Part shown: piece after piece, positions 1 to 11,900 of the stretch | How the letters are laid out: each line of letters begins with the position of its first letter | How positions within the stretch are numbered: position 1 is the stretch's first letter | Assembly: GCF_022045235.1 (NCBI RefSeq) | Contig: NW_027266266.1 | Coordinates: 22,940,001-23,004,000, forward strand | Length of the DNA stretch: 64,000 bases | From: Haliotis cracherodii | Lineage: Eukaryota | Direction: 5' to 3' | The notes under the pieces: model-generated | Databases searched by the model: none | What the model was told of the DNA's origin: nothing | Seen by the model: the letters and a program-made list of their open reading frames with translations, nothing else | Made by a program: the position numbers and the translations under genes

Positions 1-364
1 ATTCAATATCAAGCCTTGCACTACTTACGGACTGCAGAGGGGTCTAACATAGGAATGATTCAGCCTCAAGCCTTCCACTACTTAATTGTGGACTGCAGAG
101 GGGTTGAGCATAGGAATGATTCAGTCTCAAGCGTTTCACTACTTATGGACAGCAGAGCGGTTGAGCATAGGAATGATTTAGTCTCATCCTTCCACTACTT
201 ATTGACTGCAGAGGGGGTGGACATCAGAATGATTCAGTATTAAGCGTTCCACTACTCATGGACTGCAAAGCGGTTGAACATAGGAATGATTTAGTATCAA
301 GCCTTCTGCTACTCACGGACTGCAGAGCGGTTGAACATAGGAATGATTCAGTATCAAGCCTTCT
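1..364. repeat. ~57-bp tandem array made of arylsulfatase copy-1 exon-2 end plus donor (>=6 units, runs off edge)
   Basis: Unit GGACTGCAGAGCGGTTGAACATAGGAATGATTCAGTATCAAGCCTTCCACTACTCAC; the rightmost unit is the coding exon end. Confidence 0.92.
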
Positions 365-1691
365 GTTGCCAGCTTGTCGATGTTGGGTGTGATCATATCG
401 GGGTTATGAAAGCCAATATCGTTCCATCCTGAAAATCGTTTAAAAATAGGATTCATACGGACAACCTTCATACTGCTATAATTGATTTTACTTTCAAATT
501 TAAAGGCGTTAGGTATGAAGATGAAATGTGTAACACCTAAACCTAATTCGGCACGGATTATACCACATTAATGTTAGGACAAACTAGCCTCTTCGTGGGT
601 CTGACTGCACCCATCGTCTTCGTCAAAATGGCCGACATGATACACGTGACGGAAGTGATTTCCGAAGTTGTTAATGGACCTGTGGCGGTTACATGTGTTA
701 TTCATCATCGATCATTTGGCCGATCGTTGAAAGGTGATTATAAAGATGTGTCAAATAGATACTAAGGTAAATCATAGATTGCTGTCAGTCAACATACGGA
801 TCGAGTCGCTACTACGATAGTATGGATACATGTACATTTTTCGTTTTGTTCAAATGGATTGGTCGTAGCGAGGGCATTCGTGAATGATCACGCAGTCAAA
901 ACTCTCTGACGATTCCCAATGTATGCTAACACGCTGTGTTCAAGATTATAGGATAAAAGTGATCAGAAACAACGCTTCTGTATGTATTCGTGCCAGGGAA
1001 TTCCCAGGGATTCCCCGAGGAATGTGTAAGAAGTCCGTCAGTGCTTTAAGAATACGGTCTCGTGAAAAACGTATGAACTTCAAATTGTGTCGTCCATACA
1101 CATATGAACGTCAATTTCGCGGTCATTTGACCGACCTCTCGTCCAATGGAAAAGCCGTATACCGTACTTAAACAGTTTCCCTCCATAAAGCTGACACTGA
1201 TGTAACTGAATGCTGTCCAACGCGACCGTGAACCCATTAAGAAAGATCTGGCATTGTTACATTAATTTTACACGCACAATCATAATATAACAGTCCTGGA
1301 AGGAATATTCTGTACGGAAATCAATACGAGATTTCCTTGTTAAATGATGTTCATTTATAAACCATGTAATGTGCAAAATGGAATTTATAATTTATGCTTT
1401 TGAAATGTACAAATTATTACTGCAATGATTGCCCAACAACCAGCAACGATTTCCTTTTTGACAGTGTGGGGAAATTACATATATCGAAATCATACCAAAA
1501 GTATCGCACATGTTTCTTTTGTATTGACTATTAAAGATAGTATTTTTTTTATGGAAGCATATTTACAAGAAATCAAACATACCGAGATCATCCGCCACGA
1601 TGAAGACAATATGGCGTAGACGTCCTGCTGCAGAAACTTCATCACAGAGGTTGATGATGACCCAAACTGTGCATAATAACTGGACAAACAT
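317..1691 (-). CDS. Arylsulfatase B-like gene, copy 1 (exons 1-2 only; continues beyond left edge)
   Basis: Exon 1 at 1691-1583 encodes [37 protein letters not shown] (signal peptide plus sulfatase DDLG; donor G|GTATGT). Exon 2 at 428-317 encodes [37 protein letters not shown] (acceptor TTTCAG, donor CC|GTGAGT). Nearly identical to exons 1-2 of the paralogue at 14191-12889. Confidence 0.9.
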
Positions 1692-2418
1692 CTCTCCTTC
1701 CGTGGACAGGAATTACAACTTGGTGTCCTATCTCCCCTGGAAAGTATGCCAGAGGTTTTATTTTTATCTCAAACAAGTCGCCTGTGACAAACTATCCGCA
1801 GCGCCAGCTGTCTGACCTGACGCAGGTCGTGAGTTGAGCTTTTGTTCCATTTTCCACAATACCCCTACTACCGTAAATATTCTACCGTTTCAAAATTTAT
1901 TAGCAACCGTCTCGGAGGCTCGAAACACAGTAGCGGCCGGCGAGAAAAGGGTTCTTATATTGAACTGCGCAGTTTATATTTCACACTTGTAGATACAACT
2001 TGCAAGCTTTTAGCATAAATAATTAAAAATAATTTCAAAAAATTAAAAGGAGATAATAAAGGACCCAAAAATAAATCAGGTCAAAAACATATCTGAAATT
2101 AATAGACCCCGGGTTCCGTGAGCATTCATTTTTTAGATTTCCAGGGCTTTTTTGCATTCATTGTTGTCTGGAAAGTTTGAAGATGAGTGGAACTAGTGGT
2201 TGATATTGTGAGCATCAAGCGACACTGGCTTGGTACGAAACGATACTAACTCCGCCATTTTACAGCTGACAAGTCGACATACATGATCTGGATAGTTTCT
2301 GGCGTGCTCAAGGAAGGTAACTCTGTAGGGCGAATTGCAGGCATGACAACCGCGAGTAAGTCAATATAGTACATGTACATGCAGTAGATACAACCAGAAC
2401 TAACATTTATATAACGAC

Positions 2419-2424
2419 TTTATT
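2419..2424 (-). terminator. Putative polyadenylation signal of arylsulfatase copy 2
   Basis: AATAAA on the - strand about 25 nt downstream of the stop codon. Confidence 0.55.
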
Positions 2425-2448
2425 CCATGGTAGTACAACACGGAGCTA

Positions 2449-3725
2449 TCAGCACCAGCCGGGAGACCAGACATTGCCGTACAGTGCAGGGTTGCTCTTG
2501 GGGTCGGGGGTCTCAGGGAAGTTGGGTGGTACTGCCTGCTTCTCATACCAGGCCAGTCTGGCAGCAAGCTTCTTCACCATGTCCGGTTGAGAGTTGGAGA
2601 GGTCGTTGCGCTCATTGGGGTCATCTGTGAGCATTAAACACATGTAAAATGACACACGACAGCGAGTGTCGCACACATAACAACAGTGACTCACATGTGC
2701 ACACGCTCGTTCGCATGAAGTTATTGACGCTCATACATACAGATGGAGAGACAGAGAAGAAATAAGAGACAGAGAAAGAATGAGAGAAAGAAAGAGAATG
2801 AGAGAGAGAGAGAAACAGACACAGAGCGAATGGGAGTGAGAGTGAGTGAGAAGGCCGAGACAGACAGATCTAGACAGAGACTGGCAAAGATTCTCATTCC
2901 ACTTCACATTTACCTCGTCTGACAGAACCATAATTACAAGTCAGTGAATGCTTCTTGCCTTTCAAGTTGAACAGCTGATACTTGTTGGCCCAATCCCTGA
3001 TATGGGTGATGTTCAGCTCCGATGTGACTTGTTCAGGCTTGTACCAGCCAGGGTAGAGTCCCGGGTACCCATCGATCAGTTTGTAGTCACCCACTCTGCA
3101 GTTATCAATGTGATTAGATACGCTCTCGTGACTATGCTTGTCGTAAGAGGCTACTAACGGGATCGGGTGGTCAGGCTCGCTGGCTTGGTTGATGCATGTC
3201 ATCGTATCCCAATTGCGTGGATCGATGCTGATGTCAATCACTGGATTGTCTGGTCCAGACTCGATTATTTACAGACCGCCGTTATATAGCTGGAATATTG
3301 CTGAGTGCGGCGTTTAACAACAAACAACAACAACATTCGAACCCCTTCACACAATCTCAGACACACTAATTCGGCAGGCATTCGAAGAGAACGCACTATC
3401 CCCAGTGTTCAACTCGTTAAAAAGTTTGTGTTCGGATGGAGTAAGGTGATCACAGTGACTTCATCATTTTCGAGACCGCCGCCGTGGTCTAATGGTAGAG
3501 CGTCCACACGAAGAGCTGAAGGTCCGGGGGTCGATCCCCAGGCGCGTCATACCAAAAGACGTTAAAAAGTGTTACCCTGTCTGGCGCTCGGCATTAAGGG
3601 GCTAAAACAAGGAATGGTCGGCTCGGAGTCAGTATACTGTATCTGAGTGGGGTATTCATGTTAAACTGCGGCATGGTATCTCAGTGTGCTAGCACTATAA
3701 ATCGGCATCAGTCCGGACTAGTACA

Positions 3726-3790
<65 letters not shown>

Positions 3791-5906
3791 ATGCTAGTCG
3801 CTATATAACTGCAATAATCTTGGACGCGACGTTAAACCCCATTGTATCTCACATCACCTATCATTTTCGAATGCAAAAAACTTTAAATGGCATCCTTCCA
3901 TTTACGAATCTACCTGTCCGTTGAAACAATGTGTCTATACGTTTTACGAGTACTTGCCTCATCTTACACAATTTACAACTTGAACCCCCTACCTGATGGC
4001 TGCATGTCCCTCTTCCGGGAAGGGGTGCGAGTCGTAGTTGTAGACGACCTCAGTGCGGGGTGAAGGGGAGGCTCTGCTGAGACTAGGCCATAGGTTGATG
4101 CCGTCCCGGTCTGTCACTACACATAACATACAAAATGAAGGTGGAACATTTTCATATTCATGTTGACATTCCGAGGTTGACTATAATGAATACCCCTGGT
4201 TCTGAACTGTACACTAATTGAATAATGGGTTACAATATGCTTGGGCTTTCACGAAATCATAGCGATATGGCTGGCCCAGTCGTCTACGGCGCTGTATTTG
4301 GCTGTGCGGAGAATTGCCCCCTAGAAACCTTTGTTCTTGGTTCGAATCTCGATTCGCCCTTGTTATGTCTCTAGATTTGTCAGCACCATCCCCGTGCTTA
4401 TAGGTTTCACTAAATTGGTAAACGTCATTGACCTGCTTAACTTCGGGTTTTCCTCCCACATCAACCTGACATGCTGTGAAACGACTGAAATACTGTCCAG
4501 TTCGGCATTAAATAAGTTAAGAATTGACTTTCACTTTCATACTCCAAGGAACTCACACAAAATGAAAGTCACTTCGTTTAATATTGTCCCAGACTGTTTC
4601 ATTCAGACATAATTTCGTTTAGTACGCGTGACGTTGTCTTTGCACTGAGGGCCATACAGTCAAACACACAAGATTAAAGTGGACCTAAGTTATCAGAAAT
4701 AACGTTTCCGCAAGTGCTTGCGTCATTTCAAGAACACAGTCTCGGAAAAAAAGGTATGAACGTCAAAACATGTCGTTCATACGCTTAAGAACGTCAGGTT
4801 CGCGGTCATGTGACCGGCCTCTCGTCCAATGGATAATCTGTATATTGTGTAAATAACTTTCAGATTAAACACATATATATATACTATGAAGATTCAACAA
4901 GTAAATATAAAGACATTTTTCACAAAATATGAGTTTTCCTGGAATTCTGGGGCGGAGAATCCCAAAGCAATATTATCTTATTAGATTGTATCACATCACT
5001 CTGTAAAGGTAATCCGATGGCCACGCCCTACTGTACCTGGGGTCCCCCCGGCAGCTGCTGTCAGGGTGGGCAGCCAGTCTACGGCGTGGATCATCCTGCA
5101 ACGACAACACGACGTTGTCCAGAGACGTCATTTAACACCATCAACAAACAACGGGGGGTGGGTGGGTATATCCTCCTTTCTACAGAGTAGCCCCGGATAC
5201 GGGAACTCCAGTTTGATGGATCAATGCTCACGCCATAAACCACTGGTTCTACCTCGCCCCAAATAAGTCTTTGTCTAACCTGTATTGTATTTTATATGTA
5301 TTGAACATATATAAACCATTTCCCGATTCCATTCACTGGCACTAAATAACGTATTTGACGAAATATAAAAGATAGCATTATGTTTTACTTTTAGCGTTTT
5401 ATTCCAACTTTGAATATTCATATCGGGAAAATCAAGGTTACAAATTGTCGATTTTTGGAAAGTATCTTTGTTCGAAATATGTTCACCCAGCAGTAAATGT
5501 TTACCCGGTAGGATGCGATCTTGTGGGACTGTAAACCGTCTTAAGGCAGCTCGGGTAATATTAATTCATGTTCAGAATGAATAAAATTATTTATATGTTT
5601 ACTGACCGGGTGTTTTAGTAACAAAATTAGATTTGAGTAGAAATACTGAAGGAAGCGCCCCAGCAATCTACGATTAACCCCCATTCACTGACTTTGCAGA
5701 GACTCAAAAGCGATAGCCATTCTTGTTGCAAATGTCTTCAGCATTATGTATACTACCCTTGACGATCGGGGTTAGAATTAGTCTTCAGCTATAAAAATGT
5801 CGAGGCCGTGCGTGCGATTTTGAGTGCGTTTGTGCGTGCGTTTGTGCGTGTGTGTCACTCGGAGCCCGACATTGCTGCTTGTAGCTTTATTAGTTGTTAT
5901 TATTAG

Positions 5907-5947
<41 letters not shown>

Positions 5948-8900
5948 GCCACGCTGGTACTGCTCACCCGTCAAACACAGTTCCGGTTTTCTGGAGACCG
6001 GATCCGTGCATGAATGCTGCTGCCCTCGTTCCCCCCTCGTACACAGTCACCTTGCCTCCTCGCAGGGGGTAATTGTTGCCGTGTTCGGTGATCCAGCCAC
6101 CATTCTGAAAGAAGGGAGTGAGTGAGTATAGTCTTACGCCGCTTGTAGCAATACACCAGCAATATCAAGGCGTGGGACACCAGAAATGGGCTTCACATAT
6201 CGTACCCATGTGGGAAATCGAACCCGGGTCTTTGGCGTGACGAGCGATCGTTTTAACTACTAGGCTACCCCACCGCCCCCCAGATAGAAGTTTACAATTA
6301 ATGTTTATTGACAAATACAAACATTATCAATGTTATTCCGCCGCACTCTGTAAAACGTATACGTAAACCTGGAATGCTATGACATCATGGTACAATGGAA
6401 GACATATAAATATTGATCATGTTTGATATTTAATTTAGGCGATATCATTTCGCTTGGCCAAATGGCACGTTCTTCTTTCCATTTAGGATTAAGAATTAAA
6501 AAAATGTTTATCAAAAAAGTATTCATTTCCGACATAAAACGTTATCAGTGTCAAGATGTCTGTTCGTTCTTACGTACTGAATTACACATAGAATTACCAT
6601 CTCTACATATAGAAAAGTATCTCTCCTACACGACATGCTTCAAATTAAAAAAAGGCACTTCGTAGATTTAGATGTTGAAGTCATAATGTACACATAGAGA
6701 CGGGCAGGTGGGGAAATATTACAAGAGAAGAGCGTTAGTGTTATTCCATAGCAGATATCTCGAGTGTGGAAGATAAAAAATACATTTTTGGTTTGTTTGT
6801 CCAGTTAGAGAGAAGCATCTACAGCCATCTGATATCAATGCTGTATTCTGACAAGTCCTGACCTCCCGATCCCGTTAGTCGCCTTTTACGACAAGCATGG
6901 GTTGCTGAAGGCCTATTCTACCCCGGATCTTCACGGGTCTGGTTTATTGTTTGTCATCGTACTCATGCCATCGTGTCACCACCAACAAATCAGTGCTGGG
7001 TAGTATGACGAACGCCATGCATGTTCATAATATCAACCATTGTTCCAGATTAAATTATTTACCAGCCGCTTTCGTTCAGCTGGAATATTGCTGACTGCGG
7101 CGTTAAACAACCAACACACAAAGAAAAACTGAAGTTGTTTAACAAACACTGGAAGGTGTCAACATATGTCAGACCCTCCGTGTGTTAAGATAAACTTGTG
7201 TGTGCATGTTTCCGCCTCCCTTTTTTCAAATACAGTAAACTACGGTTATAACGAACACGCTTATAACGAACTGACGGATATAACGAACTTACTTTTTTGG
7301 TCCCGACTATTTGCTGTAGTTATGCTGTATATATGCTTATAACGAACTACGGTTATAACGAACTAAAATTAGTAGTCCTTTTCAGTTCGTTATAACCGTA
7401 GTTTACTGTACCTGCATCCGTTATTTCTGAACATAATCGGGGGCGGTCGGGTAGCCGGTAGTGGTCAAAGCGTTCGCTCGTCACGCTGAAGACCCGGGTT
7501 CGATTCCCGACATGGGTACAATGTGTGAAGCCCATTTCTGGTAGCGGCGTAAAACCATACTCACTCTGAACGTAATCTTCGTTTGACATTTCATTTCCGA
7601 GATACGCTTCTTGCACACCAGATAGAACCCCAGTGAATAAATAATGTAATGGAAATAGCAGGTACGCTTCTACATCATGGTGATTTCGCGCATTGAGTGA
7701 GTGAGTGAGTGAGTGAGTATGGTTTTACGCCGCTTTTAGCAATATTCCAGCCTTATCACGGCGGGGGACACCAGAAATGGGCTTCACACATTGTACCCAT
7801 GTCGGGAATCGAACCCGGTTATTCGGCGTGACAAGCGAACTCTTTAAACATTTGGCTACCCGACCGACCACGATTTTGCACATTGAGGAAGTTTAGTCGC
7901 TGTTGGCTGTTATAATGGCGTAATAGGTGTTCCTTGTAATGATTCGATTCTTCCATTACAGAAAGTGTGCTGCTATCATGCAGGTGGAGCCTATCACTGC
8001 GCCTACTGAATGACAGATGGTATAAACTGATACTCACATCGGCAGTAAACAGAATCAGTGTGTCTTCCATTAATCCACTGTTTGTCAAGGCTTTTGTAAT
8101 GTTACCAATTGCGTCGTCAAGAGCTGAGACCATTCCTTGAAGCATGGAAATACCTATGACAACTACTGTTTGTTTGTTTGTTGTTTATACGCCGAAATAT
8201 TCCAGCTTTATGACAGCAGTCTGTAAATAATCGAGTCTGGACCAGACCATCCAGTGATTGACATCATGAACATCGATCAACGCAATTTGGATACGATGAC
8301 ATGCATCAACCAAGTTAGCAAGCCTGACCACCCGATCCCGTTAGTCGCCTCTTTCGACAAGCAAAGTCGCCTTTTACGGCAAGCATGGGTTGCTGAAGAC
8401 TACTGAGACCATTCCTTGAAGCAAGGAAATCAAGAACTCCATGAAAATATTATTTCTGCAAAATAAACTTGATATGCATATTTGAGTAACTGATTTAAAA
8501 GTAATCCGACATTCATTTTTTTAAATAACATCAAAGTCAATTGCATAATATGTATAGCTGTTTCACAGTTTGAAACTCAGAGATTTACTTTTTCAAAGCC
8601 AATTGAATAATTTTCCGACCATAGCAACAACTGATAAATAAGAAATATGAACTTTCTTGAGATATCTATTTCATACATACCACAATATTTACGACGACCT
8701 TCCGTCTTTACGTTCGGATACATTGCTTCATATTTTTCGGGAACCTTTAAAAATATGAAAAACATATAACAGGTACAGATATAACTTTTTGTCAAAAGGC
8801 CAGAAACAATACGAGTTAATGTCAGTAAGGAAGTATTACCTCTATGGGGGCGTGGACGGCTTGAAACGGCAGGTACAGAAACAACGGCCGGCTCTTGTCA

Positions 8901-11900
8901 TGACGCTCGATGATGCCGATTGCTTCATCAGCAAACCGATACTGAAACAGTGATGCTGAAACTATGATGCTGAAACAGTGATGCTGAAATTGGGATGCTT
9001 AAACAGTGATGCTGAAACTGTGATGCTGAAACTGTGATACCAAAACTGTGATGCTGAAACAGTGATGCTGAAACTGTGATGCCAAAACTGTAAGGCTGAA
9101 ACAGTGATGCCGAAACAGTGATGCCAAAACTGTGATGCTGAAACTGTGATGATGAAACAGTGATGCTGAAACTCTGATGCTGAAAAAGTGATGCCAAAAC
9201 TGTGATGCTGAAACTGTGATGCTGAAACAGTGATGCCAAAACTGTGATGCTGAAACAGTGATGCCAAAACTGTGATGCTGAAACTGTGATGCTGAAACTG
9301 TGATGCTGAAACAGTGATGCCAAAACTATGATGTTGAAACTGTGATGCTGAAACAGTGATGCCAAAACTATGATGCTGAAACAGTGATGCTGAAACTGTG
9401 ATGATGAAACTGTGATGCCAAAACTGTGATGCTGAAACTGTGATGCCAAAACTGTGATGCTGAAACTGTGAAGTGAACAGTGATGCCAAAACTGTGATGC
9501 TGAAAAAGTAATGCCAAAACTGTGATGCTGAACAGTAATGCCAAAACTGTGATGCTGAAATTGTAATGCCAAAACTGTGAAGCTGAACAGTGATGCTGAA
9601 ACAGTGATGCTGAAACTGTGATGCTGAAACTGTGATGCCAAAACTGTGATACCAAAACTGTGATGCCAAAACTGTGAAGCTGAACAGTGATGCCAAAACT
9701 GTGATGCTGAAAAAGTAATGCCAAAACTGTGATGCTGAACAGTGATGCCAAAACTTTGATGCTGAAAGAGTGATGCCAAAACTGTGGTGCTGAAACAGTG
9801 ATGCCAAAACTGTGATGCTTAAAGAGTGATGTTTAAAGAGTTTTAATGCCGATTCCAACAATATGATATATTATGACATGCCAGCTGAAAGAGGAAGAAC
9901 ACACAACAACGCAAATCGTAAACGTTCAAAGATTACGATCAAAATGTAGATTCGAACCCATGACCAGTGGATACTGGTACACCTAAGGGAAGAAACCATT
10001 GCTTAAATCGAATTGCGAAGCCTCGGACACCAAATATTATAACATTACAGGCTCTACACACCACAAGCATCCACAAAGCCATCTAAAAATACCCATAACC
10101 ATGTGCCATTGTAACCACCCGATCCTGAATAGGTTCTTGGTCGATACGTTACCGTTGAGTATGTGCCGTTGTCGGTCTTCTCGGGACTGGTGTTGTTGCG
10201 GAAGTCCAGGTAATCGAGAGTTGTGTGCGTGTAGTAGTCTTCCTGGGCGTTGTAGTAGCCGAAGAAGCTGTCAAAGCCACGGTACGTCGGGGTGCAATTC
10301 CAACTACAGAACCCAGTGTGCCACCTGGATCACACGACAGGGACAATGTAGCCTTGATACAGGTGGGGGACTTCTGCTGCTACTGATGCTTCCACTACTA
10401 CTACTGCTGCTGTTGTTGTTGTTGATGCTCCTGCTGCTGCTGCTGCGCCTTCTACTGACACTTCTACTACATCTGCTACTGCTACTGCATGATTTTAATC
10501 GTCAATGTTAACACCTTAACTGCCGGGCAAAAGAAAGTATACACCATGTCTGATGGTGGCTAAAGATGAAACAAACAAGAAATGGTTACTGGATGGGGAT
10601 ATGTTTCATACCTTACATAGTTGTTTTTTGGACCATAAGTTTGCACTGTTTTCGGCGACAGTAATGTTTTGACGTTTGTAATGTTTTGGTCAAATCCAAT
10701 TTTCAAAATGTATACTTTTACACGGGAGCTTATTGGGAACGACTACTACTAAACTGAAGGCTGTGGCGTAGCCTAGTGGATCAAGTGGTCAATCGTCACG
10801 CCAAAGCCCCTCAGTCGGGTCTTCTCGGCATGGATGCAATGTTTGCAGCACACTGTGGTTCTGCCGCAATATTTTTTCCAAGCGGTGTAAAATCCTACTC
10901 CCCTACTAACTACTATTGACTTGTTTTCCTTGAGTAAATGCTCGTATACATACTTCCCTATGATGTGTGTGGCATAGCCCAGCTCCTTCAATTTCTGCGG
11001 CAGGATCGTAATGTTCAGGGGCAGACAGACGGGCTGGTAATTCACAATAACCAGATGCTGTAAAAGAGGATTGTTCCGTGACATATATTTTACAGATTAC
11101 ACTTATATCATTATTCATCCATTTTTCAGAACGTTGTAACGGGGCGGTCTGGAAGCCTAGTGGTTAAAGCGTTCGCTCGTCACGCTGAAGACCCGGGTTC
11201 GATTCCCGACATTGGTACAATGTGTGAAGCCCATTTCTGGTGTCCCCCGCCGTGATATTGCTGGAATATTGCTAAAAGCGGCGTAAAACCGTACTCCCTC
11301 ACTCACTCAGAACGTTGTAACAGTTTGAATTCACATTCGCTCCACACACTAAAGATCCGGGTTCGATCCGCACATCTGTAAAACGTGTGAATCGCATTTC
11401 TGGTGTCCCCCGCCGAGATATGTCTTGAATATTGTTAAAAGCGGCGTAAAACCATACTCACTCACTTACTCGACGTGGTCAATGCCTTCAATGACAAATA
11501 GAGATTGTCGTCGGTCAAAATGCCCCCGTGAGGGGTCGCTGGTGGAATATGTCGACAGAACCAAATGCTTGTCGTATGAGTCGACTGAAAAGGATAGAGC
11601 TGTTATGTTGTGTGTGCCCCTGGCTTCTTATGTGTCAATGTACACCGAACGTGTGGATCGTTGTTCAAGCTATCAACCCCTTGTTTGCCTGGGTGTCGTT
11701 GTACAAAACAACCTTAGCGCTACGAATGTCGCAAGTCCATGTTAAGGTATGGGAGTAACGATCACCTAAGCGGTAGGATGGATTTGTACAACGGCACCCA
11801 GGTACAAGGTGAGGTGAGGTGTGTGTGGATGCTTGTACTAGTCCGGACTGATGCCGATTTATAGAACAGTCTCACTGAGATACCATGCCGCAGTTTAACA

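Noticed and set aside
1045-1170. Segment shared with 4738-4850
   Set aside because: Looks like a fragment of a dispersed repeat; no termini or function could be assigned.
7440-7515. tRNA genes
   Set aside because: All tRNA-like sequences are SINE heads followed by SINE bodies and tails, often with TSDs.
8928-9861. Long ORFs of 283, 299 and 127 aa
   Set aside because: They arise from a stop-poor 14-bp repeat read in three frames.
9999-10511. 170-aa plus-strand ORF with poly-Leu
   Set aside because: Antisense to a sulfatase exon plus a microsatellite.
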